Below the pieces are notes generated by a model that was not told the origin of the DNA, ran no database searches, and saw nothing but the letters and a program-made list of their open reading frames with translations. Below are positions 39,309-49,780 of a DNA stretch of 64,000 nt, one piece after another; within the stretch, counting starts at the first letter, position 1; each line of letters opens with the position of its first letter. Where the stretch lies: the NCBI GenBank assembly GCA_965218095.1, contig OZ244587.1, positions 5,856,001 to 5,920,000 of the forward strand, read 5' to 3'. Position numbers and translations under genes: made by a program. The DNA comes from Candidatus Poribacteria bacterium. Its GTDB lineage: Bacteria; Poribacteria; WGA-4E; PCPOR2b.

Positions 39309-40121
39309 TTAATTTGTGAGTTCTTCTGCGCGTTTAGTTGCAGCAATCACTGCATCAGCGATGATCGACCGGAATCGTCCACGTTCTAACTCATACAGGC
39401 CAGCCGCCGTTGTCCCGCCGGGCGTCGTCACGAGGTTTTTCAGGGCTGCCGGATGTTCTCCCGTTTGCTCAAGCATCTTGCTCGCCCCAAGCACAGTCTG
39501 CACGGCAAGCTGACATGCGTCTGGACGAGATAATCCGACCTGTACCCCTGCATCGGCGAAAGCTTCAATGAATAGGAACACAAATGCGGGCCCACTGCCG
39601 CTCAAGCCGGTAACGGCATTGAGGTGTCTTTCTTCCATGACTAACGACTTGCCTACAGCGTCAAAAATTGCTTGCGCCTCAGAGATATGATCATCTGTGG
39701 CAGCGCTTCCCGGGGTAATTACGGAAATCGCTGCCCTGGCGGATACAGTGATGTTTGGCATCACGCGAACAATTGGTGGGGCGGAAGAAAAATAGGATTC
39801 TAATCTCGCCGTTGCTACTCCTGCTGCGATGGAAACCATCCATTGGGGAGGAGATTGGATTGCAGCGGCAATTTCTGGAAGAATTTCCGGTACGGCACTC
39901 GGCTCGGCGGCATATAAAAGGATATCGACATTTTCAATAAGTTGGGGGATACCATCTGCTGCATTCGCTCCTGATTCTTCGCACAGTTGATCAACGAGGG
40001 GGCGGTAGACATCCGTGATCCAGATCCGTTCAGACGGGAGCACACGACCCACCACTCCCCTAACAATCGCGCTTCCCATCTTCCCAACGCCGATGACACC
40101 CAATCGAAGTTTTGTATCCAA
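39309..40121 (-). CDS. proC: Pyrroline-5-carboxylate reductase
   Basis: GVGKMG, SIAAGV, RVMPN, GSGPAF, TPGGTT. Confidence 0.95.
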   Translation of the reverse strand: MDTKLRLGVIGVGKMGSAIVRGVVGRVLPSERIWITDVYRPLVDQLCEESGANAADGIPQLIENVDILLYAAEPSAVPEILPEIAAAIQSPPQWMVSIAAGVATARLESYFSSAPPIVRVMPNITVSARAAISVITPGSAATDDHISEAQAIFDAVGKSLVMEERHLNAVTGLSGSGPAFVFLFIEAFADAGVQVGLSRPDACQLAVQTVLGASKMLEQTGEHPAALKNLVTTPGGTTAAGLYELERGRFRSIIADAVIAATKRAEELTN

Positions 40122-40204
40122 AAGTTTTGCTCCTATGCGTGAAACGTGAATGAATTAACTCTATGATTCGCCAATTTGTCTACTAGCTGACTTTGCCTGC
40201 ACCA

Positions 40205-40894
40205 TCACTCACGCTTCTCAAAAATGGCGGTACCAATTCTGACAAGATTCGCACCCTCTTCAATCGCAACCTCAAAATCATTTGTCATTCCCATTGACAG
40301 ATACTCCATATCAACGTCCGGCAACTGCTGGGCGAGAATCTTCTCCTTGAGGCGCCGCAGCAGTACGAACATCGAACGAACCGCTTCAGGGTTGGGCAGA
40401 AAGGCACCGATTGTCATGAGCCCTTTGATCCGGACATGGGCATAAGTGAGCGCACTTTCAATGAAATCAAGCGTCTGATCCGGTTCAATGCCGTACTTAC
40501 TCGGTTCGGTGGAGGTGTTGACTTGAATCAATACCTCTGTCTGTCGGTTCAACTGTGTAGACCGTCGGTCAATCTCAGCAAGGAGTCGCAGACTATCTAC
40601 GGAATGGATGAGGTCAAAAATCTGCAATGTCTGCTTCACTTTATTCGTTTGCAAATGCCCGACAAGATGCCACTTAACAGGGCGGCCAACCTGATCATAC
40701 TTGCTTTTTGCTTCTTGAACGCGATTCTCGCCAATGTCCGTGATGCCTGCGTCGATCGCTTCCAAAATGAGGCTGACAGGCTTGGTTTTAGAAACGGCAA
40801 CGAGACCTATCGAATGCGGATCGCGTCCGGAGCGTTCAGCGGCTACGGCAATTCGATCTTGAATCTGCAAAAGGTTTTCGCGAATGGAAGCCAA
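40205..40894 (-). CDS. yggS: PLP homeostasis protein YggS
   Basis: VAVSK, GENRVQE, GHLQTNK, LSMGMTND. Confidence 0.96.
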   Translation of the reverse strand: MASIRENLLQIQDRIAVAAERSGRDPHSIGLVAVSKTKPVSLILEAIDAGITDIGENRVQEAKSKYDQVGRPVKWHLVGHLQTNKVKQTLQIFDLIHSVDSLRLLAEIDRRSTQLNRQTEVLIQVNTSTEPSKYGIEPDQTLDFIESALTYAHVRIKGLMTIGAFLPNPEAVRSMFVLLRRLKEKILAQQLPDVDMEYLSMGMTNDFEVAIEEGANLVRIGTAIFEKRE

Positions 40895-41094
40895 TTATCC
40901 TTCTCCTCTTGCAAGAACAACTTAGCAGAGGTATGTGAAACGGTTAAATGATAGCACATTTCGAGAACCAATTGCAAGAGCAAACCTGAGATCCAAGCAG
41001 TTCTTATGAGGCCAGGTGGCATTAGGGCTTGGGCGTAGGAAATGACCTAACACCTGAGACCGACTTTGATTCGCTGATTCGTTGATTCGTTTTT

Positions 41095-41850
41095 TCAGAG
41101 GAGCCTAATTAAGGAGAGCATCCGCCCCGTTTGTCCACCTTCTGCCCGATGGGAGTAGAAAAGATCTGCCCGACAGGCGGTACAGAATTGTGAGACGGAA
41201 ATCGCGTGGAAGGGAAGGCCAGCTTGAAGGAGTTGGTGGGCATTTGCAGTTTGGAGGTCAAGCGTGCATTTGCCGACTCGTACATGAGGGCCAAACGCAC
41301 CCTCAAATTGCTCTGCGAGGGATACACTCACCGTGTAGCAGCACTTCTGAATCGAGGGGCCAAGGTGAGCGAGACATCTTGAAGGAAGGGTGCCAAAGTG
41401 CTTCTGCATCGCGGTGATCGTCTGTGCGGCAATCTCAGCCAAAGTTCCACGCCATCCTGCGTGCACAATGCCGATTGCTGGGGTCGCCACGTCCAAAATG
41501 AAGATCGGGACGCAATCCGCCGTAAACACACCAGGCGCGATAGATGGGTAAGCCGTAATCATTGCATCTACCTCGGCAAGCGGGTTTTGCAACTGAGGGG
41601 TAAATCGATCTATCAACAGAACACGGTCGCCATGAACTTGACGACAATGCACGAAACCTTTCGTTTCCAAACCGATCTGGTTGAAGAAAATCCGTCGGTT
41701 GGCAATCACCGCTTCCGGATCGTCGTCTACATGATTGCCGAGATTCAGCGCGTGGTAGGGCGCTCGACTTACACCACCTCGACGGATACTTGTCACAGCT
41801 TGGACCAATCCTGTCTTCTCGAATGTGCCAACAGTGTGGTAAAGATTCAT
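41095..41850 (-). CDS. pgeF: Peptidoglycan editing factor PgeF/YfiH
   Basis: QVHG, TADCVP, HAGWRG, FYSHR. Confidence 0.92.
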   Translation of the reverse strand: MNLYHTVGTFEKTGLVQAVTSIRRGGVSRAPYHALNLGNHVDDDPEAVIANRRIFFNQIGLETKGFVHCRQVHGDRVLLIDRFTPQLQNPLAEVDAMITAYPSIAPGVFTADCVPIFILDVATPAIGIVHAGWRGTLAEIAAQTITAMQKHFGTLPSRCLAHLGPSIQKCCYTVSVSLAEQFEGAFGPHVRVGKCTLDLQTANAHQLLQAGLPFHAISVSQFCTACRADLFYSHRAEGGQTGRMLSLIRLL

Positions 41851-42048
41851 GGATTACAAAAACATGGCCAGGAACTGAAATTTACAAAGCGACTACACTG
41901 CCGTTTTTTAAATTCGGATGGGGTTTCTAGATCAGGATTCAAAGCAACCCCGATTAAGAGATCGGGACTCAGAGCAGCCTGGATTTGTCGGTAGGAATAG
42001 ATCGCAGCTCACAATCAACCTACGGCAAACACGCCATTTTGCCGTTTT

Positions 42049-42858
42049 TCACAAATTTCCGCGCCATTTATCGAATTGTCGAATCGATGTCAGCAGCGCG
42101 TTTGCAACCTTGTCCTGATAAGCTGATGAGTTGAGTTTTTTATACTCCGCTCTGTTTGATAAATATCCTAACTCGACCAGGAGGGCTGGCATTTTCGTAT
42201 CAACAAGGACACGGAAGGGCGCCCGTCTCACCATTTTGTCGGGAGCATTCCGATTCCGATTGCGGATTTTGAGGTGGGATACAAGCACGGATTGCACAAT
42301 CCGGGCAGCTTCCCAACTATATTTTTCGCTGCCTCTCTGATATAGATTGTTGACGATAAAATCGATAGGATTCACGATTTCTTCGGCGTTTTCCCATTGG
42401 GCTAACTTTGCTGCGAATCTGTCAGTCGCTTGCAGGCTAAAGATATAACTTTCTAGTCCGTGAACATGCGGACTGGGATGCGAGTTGCAGTGGATGCTGA
42501 TAAAAAGCGTCTGATCGGCTGGGAATTGATTGGCAAAACGAGCGCGGTCAGCTAATGAAATCCAGCGATCCGTCGATCGCGTGAGGTGGACTTCATACAC
42601 CATTTCCTCACGAATTAATGCCGCTAGTTTAAGCGTGATTGCAAGGTTAATGTCCTTTTCCTTGCCCCGCCACAGACTCACGTTGCCAGGATCTCTGCCA
42701 CCGTGCCCGGCATCAAGCACGATGGTTTTCAGGCGAAATGGCAACTTTATCTTCGGGGTGGCTTGGACCAGTTCAGACGTGTCTGCCGGTAACCCGGTAA
42801 TGGATACACATAAGAGTAGTATCGCTGCAGGAATCAGCGATTTCCGTTTTATGGACAT
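42049..42858 (-). CDS. N-acetylmuramoyl-L-alanine amidase (Amidase_3)
   Basis: LDAGHGG, EK, SIHCN, LVELGY. Confidence 0.93.
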   Translation of the reverse strand: MSIKRKSLIPAAILLLCVSITGLPADTSELVQATPKIKLPFRLKTIVLDAGHGGRDPGNVSLWRGKEKDINLAITLKLAALIREEMVYEVHLTRSTDRWISLADRARFANQFPADQTLFISIHCNSHPSPHVHGLESYIFSLQATDRFAAKLAQWENAEEIVNPIDFIVNNLYQRGSEKYSWEAARIVQSVLVSHLKIRNRNRNAPDKMVRRAPFRVLVDTKMPALLVELGYLSNRAEYKKLNSSAYQDKVANALLTSIRQFDKWRGNL

Positions 42859-42976
42859 CTATCTCCTCTAAGCAAAACGAGTTCTACATTCCACGAATGA
42901 AGTAGGATGTTTAAGTATGACTAAATTTGTTAGAATTCCCACCATAGAGCAAGAAGACAATTTCAGTAGGTTTCAT

Positions 42977-43076
42977 ATACCATGATAAACGCATGATACC
43001 ATGATAAACGCATGATACCATGATAAACGCATGATTACCATGATAAACGCATGATTACCATGATAAACGCATGATT
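42977..43076. repeat. Tandem repeat 19-20 bp x5
   Basis: ATACCATGATAAACGCATG x3, then ATTACCATGATAAACGCATG x2. Confidence 0.95.
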
Positions 43077-43222
43077 TTCCGGTCAGTTTCATGGGGTGTA
43101 TATCCGAAAGGGCGATATCAGAGTAAAGCCGGTATTCAGGATTGAATTTGGATTGGGCTATCGTGTTACCTTGTGGGAGGTGAATTCTGATATTGTCTAA
43201 CCGAGGAAATTTAGGGTCAGAT

Positions 43223-43969
43223 TTAATCAGAGGAGGCATCGTCAGGAGGAGGAGTTGGAATGTAAAGAATGCGTTTACAGCTTCCACAACGAATGAACTG
43301 TTCACACTTACGTGCTTCTTGTATCGTTTGAGGCGGAATTGTGAGGTGACAACTACCGCACGCATTATCGACAACCAGCGAAACAAGTCCTGATCGTTGG
43401 CGTTGGAACCGCTCCTGGTACTGGCCCATTAAGCTTTGATCTATCTTCGGGAGGAATTCCCGCCGTTTTCCCTGCCATGCGGCGATTTCTGCCTTGAGAA
43501 CTTCAGCTTCCTGATCGTATTGGGCTTTCTGTTTGTTGTTCTTCACTCGTTCAGCATCGAACGCCTTTTGTTGTTGGACAAGTTCCTCTTTGAGTTGATC
43601 AATACGCAACATCACTGATAAAATCCCGTCTTCCATCTCCGCTTCTTCCATTTCGAGGAAACTAATCTCTTTATCTAGCGCCTGGTACTCTTTGTTGGTC
43701 TTCACATCCCGTAACTGCGCCTGGTATCTTCCACGCCGCGCTTGTTTCATTTCAAGTTCACCCGTTCCGGATCGCTGCTCTGTCTCCGCTTCAGCGAGTT
43801 GCCCCTGCTTTTTCTGTAATTTTTCTCGATGAACGTGAAGGCTTTCCTCTAATTCTTGAATCTTGGGAGGAACAGATTTGAGTTTCTGATGGAATGCCAG
43901 GATTTCCATGTCGATCTGCTGAAGCTTATACAACAGCCGCAGTTGTTCCTGTAAGTCAAGATTAAGCAT
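43223..43969 (-). CDS. Coiled-coil C4 zinc-ribbon protein (DUF164 type)
   Basis: Long coiled coil; CGSC...CGSCKRIL. Confidence 0.88.
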   Translation of the reverse strand: MLNLDLQEQLRLLYKLQQIDMEILAFHQKLKSVPPKIQELEESLHVHREKLQKKQGQLAEAETEQRSGTGELEMKQARRGRYQAQLRDVKTNKEYQALDKEISFLEMEEAEMEDGILSVMLRIDQLKEELVQQQKAFDAERVKNNKQKAQYDQEAEVLKAEIAAWQGKRREFLPKIDQSLMGQYQERFQRQRSGLVSLVVDNACGSCHLTIPPQTIQEARKCEQFIRCGSCKRILYIPTPPPDDASSD

Positions 43970-44792
43970 AGCTCTCAGGCTCCTGTTCTACGATAAAAGC
44001 AAGGAAAATCCCCAACTGATATAATAAGATAAGCGGAATCGCCATCAATAACATAGACAATACATCTGCCGGGGTCAGCATCGCCGCCATGATAAAGATG
44101 CCAACGACAGCATAGCTCTGCCGTTCGCGGAATCCCTGCGCGTTGATGACGCCGATTCGTGACAAGAACGCCATGACAATCGGGAGTTCAAATGCAATAC
44201 CAAATCCTAGCAGTAAGCCGGTTAGAAAACTCACATACCGATCAATGCTCCACAAGTTCTCAACACCGGCGTCAGAGAAGAGTCCGGCGGAAAATTCGAC
44301 CACAACAGGTGCGACAATGAAGTAGGCGAAAATTGCGCCCACAAGAAAAAAGAGAAGGATAATCAGAAACAGAGGCAATGCAAACTTTCTCTCCTGTTGT
44401 GTTAAACCGGGGAAGACAAATGCCCAAACCTGGTAAAGAACAACTGGTGATACGAGCAACGCCCCAAAGGTGACGCCGATTTTGAGAAAAGCCATGATGC
44501 CTTCACCAGGCCCAGGTTTGTTAAAATTGACCTCGCTCCTTGATGCTTTTGCTCTCAGGACAATCGATACAAACCCCATGAATGAACTGTCCGAACTGAA
44601 GGTTCGATCTATCAAGTTTGCCAGTTGCGTGTTGAGCGGTACATCGGCAGGCCGCCTTAAGATTTTTGTAATCGGGTTGATGAACCATAGGCTCACAATT
44701 GTGAATATAACGATTGCGAGCACAGAGACAATAATCCGTCGGCGGAGTTCTTCAAGATGATCTAGAAAGGTCATCGATGCTTCAGAAGGCAT
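43962..44792 (-). CDS. tatC: Twin-arginine translocase TatC
   Basis: HLEELRRR, YQVWAFVFPGL, FELP, TPAD. Confidence 0.96.
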   Translation of the reverse strand: MPSEASMTFLDHLEELRRRIIVSVLAIVIFTIVSLWFINPITKILRRPADVPLNTQLANLIDRTFSSDSSFMGFVSIVLRAKASRSEVNFNKPGPGEGIMAFLKIGVTFGALLVSPVVLYQVWAFVFPGLTQQERKFALPLFLIILLFFLVGAIFAYFIVAPVVVEFSAGLFSDAGVENLWSIDRYVSFLTGLLLGFGIAFELPIVMAFLSRIGVINAQGFRERQSYAVVGIFIMAAMLTPADVLSMLLMAIPLILLYQLGIFLAFIVEQEPESYA

Positions 44793-44800
44793 GCTGATCG

Positions 44801-45007
44801 CTAAACCGTCTTATTCGCAGGTTTGGTCGAATCGCGTTCATCTTCCTCAGTCGATTCGACAATATCGTTTTGAATTTCTTTGCCGGCGTGCTTAAATTCT
44901 CGAATTGCCTTTCCAACTGCCCGCCCCATTTCTGGCAACCGCTTAGGACCGAAAATCAGGAGTGCAATTATGAGGATGATAATCAGTTCTGTTGGCCCAA
45001 ATCCCAT
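44801..45007 (-). CDS. tatA: Twin-arginine translocase TatA
   Basis: ELIIIL..LLIFGPKRLP..G.AIREFK. Confidence 0.95.
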   Translation of the reverse strand: MGFGPTELIIILIIALLIFGPKRLPEMGRAVGKAIREFKHAGKEIQNDIVESTEEDERDSTKPANKTV

Positions 45008-45146
45008 CGTGATTCCTCCAAAAAAATGAAGATTGTAAACCTGAACGCTTGTAAAATCGCACTTCTTTCAGGCTTTTTTGCGACCTGAAACGGTGATATT
45101 ATACAGCATGATCGCCGGAATTGCAATCGTTTTGTCATCAAAGGGT

Positions 45147-45205
45147 TTGACATAATTTAGCGCGTATGATATAATTGTAATCGTTCTTTCTTATAAGAAA
45201 GAACG
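45147..45205 (+). promoter_or_regulatory. Consensus sigma70 promoter plus palindromic operator (putative ModE site)
   Basis: TTGACA-17bp-TATAAT (45147-45175); perfect palindrome CGTTCTTTCTTATAAGAAAGAACG (45182-45205). Confidence 0.8.
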
Positions 45206-45237
45206 CATCAGCGCAACCTCAATGCGACGAGATCATC

Positions 45238-45579
45238 ATGGAGAAAAGTGTCAAAACTAAAGTATGGCTAGATCTGGGGCAGGGCGTTGCTTTCTGTCAC
45301 GGCAAGGCTGAGTTACTCTTAGCGATTGACGAACTTGGCTCAATCAACCGCGCAGCACACCGAGTCAATATGTCCTATAAACGGGCTTGGAAATACATTC
45401 GTGAGCTTGAAGGGCATCTCGGCGCAAAGATCCTTTTAACGACTGTCGGTGGTGTCAATGGGGGAGGCTCCCAACTCACAGAAGTTGGGACAAACCTCCT
45501 CCGCGAGTATGAAGAAACAAAGAAACAAATTGATCACACTTTATCGCAGCATGTCGAAGCGTTCAGCAGGTCTTTCTAG
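45238..45579 (+). CDS. modE: ModE-type HTH regulator (no TOBE domains)
   Basis: GSINRAA..MSYKRAW..GGVNGGGSQLT. Confidence 0.85.
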   Translation: MEKSVKTKVWLDLGQGVAFCHGKAELLLAIDELGSINRAAHRVNMSYKRAWKYIRELEGHLGAKILLTTVGGVNGGGSQLTEVGTNLLREYEETKKQIDHTLSQHVEAFSRSF

Positions 45580-45639
45580 TGATTTTGGGCGGTTTGACGC
45601 CTATCTCCATCGGACACACACGTTGGTACCCCCCTAAAA

Positions 45640-46392
45640 TTGATGAAATCCCATTTTCTTATTCTTCTGAGTTTAGCTTGTCTGTTCATTGGTTGTTCAG
45701 GCGATGAACTGATTATCTTTGGCGCGATGAGCTTGGCGGATGCCCTCACAGAAGTCAGCCAGCGTTTTGGCGCAGTGCAGAATATCAAGGTGTATTGCAA
45801 TTTCGCTGGCTCTTCGACCTTACAACGCCAAATCGAGAAAGGTGCGCCGGCGGATGTGTTCATTTCTGCCAGTCCCAAGCAGATTAATGTCTTACAACAG
45901 AAGGGACTGCTCTATGAGGACTCACGCCGAGCGATTTTGACCAACCGGTTGGTGTTGGTCGCGCCTGCCGATAGATCGCTTACCATGACTGATGTGGGGC
46001 TGCTCACCCAAGACCCGATTCGACGGATTGCTATCGGCGAACCCAATTCAGTCCCTGCCGGCATTTATGGGAAAGAGGCTTTGACACACTTGGGAGTCTG
46101 GACCGCCGTACAGCCGAAATTGGTTCCCGGTGCAGATGTTCGATCCACTCTGGCGTATGTCGAATCCGGTGAGATTGATGTTGGTATTGTCTATCAAACG
46201 GATGCAGCAATCAGTGAGAAAGTCAGAATTATCTATCAGTTTCCTGATTCGATCCATAGCCCAATTGTGTATCCTGCAGCGGTACTCCGAAACACTGGGC
46301 ATGAAGCTATCGCTCAGGCGTTTTTGGAGTACCTACAAACCGCCGAAGTTGCAGCAATCTTTGGAAAATATGGTTTCTCTGTGGTGAAATAA
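45640..46392 (+). CDS. modA: Molybdate ABC substrate-binding lipoprotein
   Basis: AMSL, GSSTL..QIE.GAPAD.F.SA, VPAG.Y. Confidence 0.94.
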   Translation: MMKSHFLILLSLACLFIGCSGDELIIFGAMSLADALTEVSQRFGAVQNIKVYCNFAGSSTLQRQIEKGAPADVFISASPKQINVLQQKGLLYEDSRRAILTNRLVLVAPADRSLTMTDVGLLTQDPIRRIAIGEPNSVPAGIYGKEALTHLGVWTAVQPKLVPGADVRSTLAYVESGEIDVGIVYQTDAAISEKVRIIYQFPDSIHSPIVYPAAVLRNTGHEAIAQAFLEYLQTAEVAAIFGKYGFSVVK

Positions 46393-47057
46393 TGCTAACA
46401 GCAGCGGAAGTCAGTGCGTTGGTTTTATCTATCAAAGCTGCCTCGTTGAGTCTGCTTTTCATCCTTCCTCCGGGACTCTTCATCGGCTGGATACTCGCTA
46501 AGTTGTCATTCCCCGGCAAATCGCTCCTCAATACTGTTGTCATGCTGCCGATGGTATTGCCGCCGGTCGTCAGCGGTTTTTTCCTTTTGATTCTCCTCAG
46601 CAAGCGTGGGCTAATCGGGGGGATGCTTTTTCGTCTTTTCGGGCTTGAAATCGTTTTTTCGTGGCTGGCGGTGGTATTGGCAATCTCTGTGATTTCGTTT
46701 CCGTTGTTGGTACGCGGCATCGTCACGGCGATGGAGGCTGTGAACCCACAACTGGAACATGCTGCAAGAACGCTCGGTGCCTCGCCGTTGAAGGTGTTTT
46801 TTACTGTTACGCTGCCCTTGTCGTATCGTGGGATTATCGGAGGGGCAATCCTCGGATTTTCCAGAAGCCTCGGCGAATTCGGCGCAACCATGATGGTGGC
46901 GGGAAACATCCCCGGAAAGACGCAGACATTGCCGCTGGCAATCTATAACTTCGTTCAAATCGGTCAAGATACGAGCGCCTACCGTCTGGTATTTCTATCT
47001 ACTTTGATCGCTTTCGCCATGCTGTGGATAGCGGAGCGGCTGTATATCAAGAGATAG
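46392..47057 (+). CDS. modB: Molybdate ABC permease
   Basis: LPMVLPPVV, SLGEFGAT..AGNIPG.TQT. Confidence 0.95.
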   Translation: MLTAAEVSALVLSIKAASLSLLFILPPGLFIGWILAKLSFPGKSLLNTVVMLPMVLPPVVSGFFLLILLSKRGLIGGMLFRLFGLEIVFSWLAVVLAISVISFPLLVRGIVTAMEAVNPQLEHAARTLGASPLKVFFTVTLPLSYRGIIGGAILGFSRSLGEFGATMMVAGNIPGKTQTLPLAIYNFVQIGQDTSAYRLVFLSTLIAFAMLWIAERLYIKR

Positions 47058-47101
47058 ATATTGCTACCCAACCCACTGTTACGTTTTAGACATTACGTCC
47101 C

Positions 47102-48181
47102 ATGTTAAAACTCAGTTTTCGCAAGCGACTTGGCAATTTTCAGCTTGAAATCGATCAGATCATCACCGAGAAAGTGACGGCATTTCTGGGACCATCGGGA
47201 AGCGGTAAAAGTACACTACTCAACTGTATTAGTGGCATCCTACACCCTGATGAAGGGGAGCTCCTGTTTTCCGGTCAAACGCTGTATTCCTCCCAGCAGA
47301 AAAAATGTCTGCCACCAGAAAAACGTCATTTCGGATATGTCTTTCAGGAAGGGTATCTTTTTCCGCACCTGAAGGTTCGACAAAACATCGCCTATGGTCG
47401 TCCTCGCCGAACCAATGGCAATAATCGGATTGACACTGATACAATTATTGATATCCTTGAAATCGGGGAATTGCTGGATCGGTATCCAAGCCAACTTTCC
47501 GGCGGTCAACGGCAGCGGGTCGCCATCGCTCGCGCTTTGGGAATGTCGCCGCGCTTGCTATTAATGGATGAGCCACTTACATCTCTGGATGCCGGCTTGA
47601 AAAACCGCATTCTGCCTTACCTGTATCACATCAGACAGGCATTTGATATCCCCCTTCTCTACGTCACCCACTCCATTTCGGAAGTGATGGCACTTGCAGA
47701 CGAAGCCTTTTTGCTCTCCGAGGGTCAAATCACTGCGCGTGGAGAGCCCCACCAGCTACTAACTTCCCCCTCGGCGTTGCCTGTTGCCCAAATGACAGGC
47801 GTGGAGAATATTCTCGCTCTACCGGTGGTCGTTGCGTCTGAGGAGCGCGGCGTGACGGAATTGGCGTTGGGGGAACAAAGACTGATGGTTTCGTATACGG
47901 AGACGGAGCCCGGTGCAACGATGCCGATCGCCATCAGGGCGCGGGATATCATCGTTGCGATGGACCCAGATTTGCGGATGAGTGCGCGGAATATTTTGCG
48001 CGGAACAATCCGACAGATTGCTGTCCAAGCGGGGCGCGTGATGCTATCGGTCGATATCGAGGGGCATCTGTTGTCGGTGGAGGTTACGAGCGATGCCCGC
48101 GAGCAGCTTGGACTTGCGGAGGGGACGGTGTGTTATTTTATTATTAAGGCGAGTGCGATTAACTTGCTTTGGGAGGCTTAA
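47102..48181 (+). CDS. modC: Molybdate ABC ATPase
   Basis: Walker A, LSGGQ, C-terminal TOBE (SARNIL). Confidence 0.94.
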   Translation: MLKLSFRKRLGNFQLEIDQIITEKVTAFLGPSGSGKSTLLNCISGILHPDEGELLFSGQTLYSSQQKKCLPPEKRHFGYVFQEGYLFPHLKVRQNIAYGRPRRTNGNNRIDTDTIIDILEIGELLDRYPSQLSGGQRQRVAIARALGMSPRLLLMDEPLTSLDAGLKNRILPYLYHIRQAFDIPLLYVTHSISEVMALADEAFLLSEGQITARGEPHQLLTSPSALPVAQMTGVENILALPVVVASEERGVTELALGEQRLMVSYTETEPGATMPIAIRARDIIVAMDPDLRMSARNILRGTIRQIAVQAGRVMLSVDIEGHLLSVEVTSDAREQLGLAEGTVCYFIIKASAINLLWEA

Positions 48182-48294
48182 GGGAAAAAGCTGTATTGGG
48201 GATAAGCCTATGGCTTTGTTGTGTTGACATTCTGAGGTTGCTATGTCAGAATGTTTTCTATGCAGTCAAAAGATCTTACCATAAGGAGATTTTC

Positions 48295-49054
48295 ATGGCA
48301 CTGATACCCTGTCCAGAATGCAAGCAACAAATAAATGAGACTGTCGAGAGTTGTCCACAATGTGGATACATATTGACACCGGAAGAAGTTGCGAGGATTA
48401 AGAAGAGACGTAGGGAGTGGAAGATAAGTTTTATAATCATGGGTGCCGCCGTTATGATCGGCATTGTCGTTATCAGCATTGTCGTTATCAGCACAGAGTT
48501 ACAACAATCAAGAATGGAGGTTAACTATCAGAAGCGAACAAAAAGTTCTACGGGGACCTCTACGTATAGCTCTCAACCTCAACGCCCCAAGACTACCCAA
48601 ACTCAATCAGCATCAGCACCGGTGATGTCTGCGCCTAAACCCTCTGAACTCCAAGGCTCCAAAACTCAACAGGAGCAGGATGCTGAGAACAAAGCGTGGT
48701 TCGGTACATGGTCTCTTGAAACCATGGATGGGGAGCCAACTGGACAATACTTGGCTGAAGATTTGCAATCTGAACATCTTTGTCTCGTGGAACTGGACGT
48801 TTTATACGGATGGGAATTTTAAATCAAAATTGCTCCAAGATATGGGCAAGGGAATCCTCACAACTACAACCTTTGGGACTTACAACGTATTTGGTGATAG
48901 GTACACAACCACACTAAACAGGGCAACCATGTCTATAGGGTCAACAAGTGTTCCTATACCTAATCGATCTGGGACGTGGTCAAGGGAAGGAAATACGCTA
49001 ACTATGATCCCTAGAGGTTCTTCCACTAAGGTATTCAAATGGATACATCACTAA
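48295..49054 (+). pseudogene. Zinc-ribbon membrane protein with lipocalin-like C-terminal domain, frameshifted near 48770
   Basis: CPEC..CPQCG, TM, GTWSL; the continuation (WTFYTDG...GTWSREGNTLTM) is in another frame. Confidence 0.6.
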
Positions 49055-49112
49055 TGTATCCACACGGATATATTAGGAATCTTTGAACAGACTTACGAGA
49101 AGAAATATAACC

Positions 49113-49271
49113 ATGCACTCCAAAAATCTCACCATCAGCGTTCTACTTGTCCTACTTTTGCTCGCAACGCTTGGCTGTGGCGGCGATGAGAAGACACCGG
49201 TTGAGATAATTGAGCCTCCGCCTGCGAAGCTCTCTCTTACTGTTCCCGAAATTGCCCTCTGCTTTCGCTAG
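49113..49271 (+). pseudogene. Lipoprotein N-terminal fragment
   Basis: Signal peptide LATLGC followed by an early stop. Confidence 0.4.
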
Positions 49272-49366
49272 TAGATACATGGCTCACGAGTGAAATAAAT
49301 TTGCCTTTTTTTGCTAAGAGCTGATACAATTCATGCACACTCACTTTTCAAGGAAGATCAATTCTT

Positions 49367-49564
49367 ATGATGCAAATCAGACTTAAATTTACAAACGGTG
49401 AAGAGACAATCTTTGAGGCTAGAAATCCTGACGATATAAGTAGACGTCTAGAGGAAATACGTACTGCCAAAGTTAAAGCATGTATTCCCGAAGCTGAGAG
49501 GCACAAGCAGAAACTACTAGAGGAATTGGAAAAAATTCAGAGCCAATCTGAATCCGCCCCCTAA
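49367..49564 (+). CDS. Small hypothetical protein
   Basis: 65-aa ORF with RBS and a downstream terminator. Confidence 0.5.
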   Translation: MMQIRLKFTNGEETIFEARNPDDISRRLEEIRTAKVKACIPEAERHKQKLLEELEKIQSQSESAP

Positions 49565-49603
49565 GCCAATCATGACAATTAAAAACAAAGCATAGAAACA
49601 ACC

Positions 49604-49634
49604 GGCTGACTCTGACAGGGTCAGCTATTTTTTT
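49604..49634 (+). terminator. Rho-independent terminator
   Basis: GGCTGACTCTG..CAGGGTCAGCT followed by a T-run. Confidence 0.7.
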
Positions 49635-49780
49635 GTCTAATCCCGTTCAGCGACTTCAAAAATTATACGAAGTGCGAAATATAAATCAGTATGATAATCT
49701 ATCATTGGCCCCCTCAGCCCTTTGGCAGGGGTGTGATAGACAGATAGTATGGATTTTAAGTGAAAGGAAAACAAAAGTAA

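Noticed and set aside
41398-41994. Long antisense ORFs (also 37757-38299, 54429-55061, 60441-61028, 63123-63758)
   Set aside because: They are shadow frames of well-supported genes on the opposite strand, with no motifs.
42977-43076. Possible CRISPR array (also 38808-38864)
   Set aside because: Units are head-to-tail with no unique spacers, and there are no cas genes in the window.
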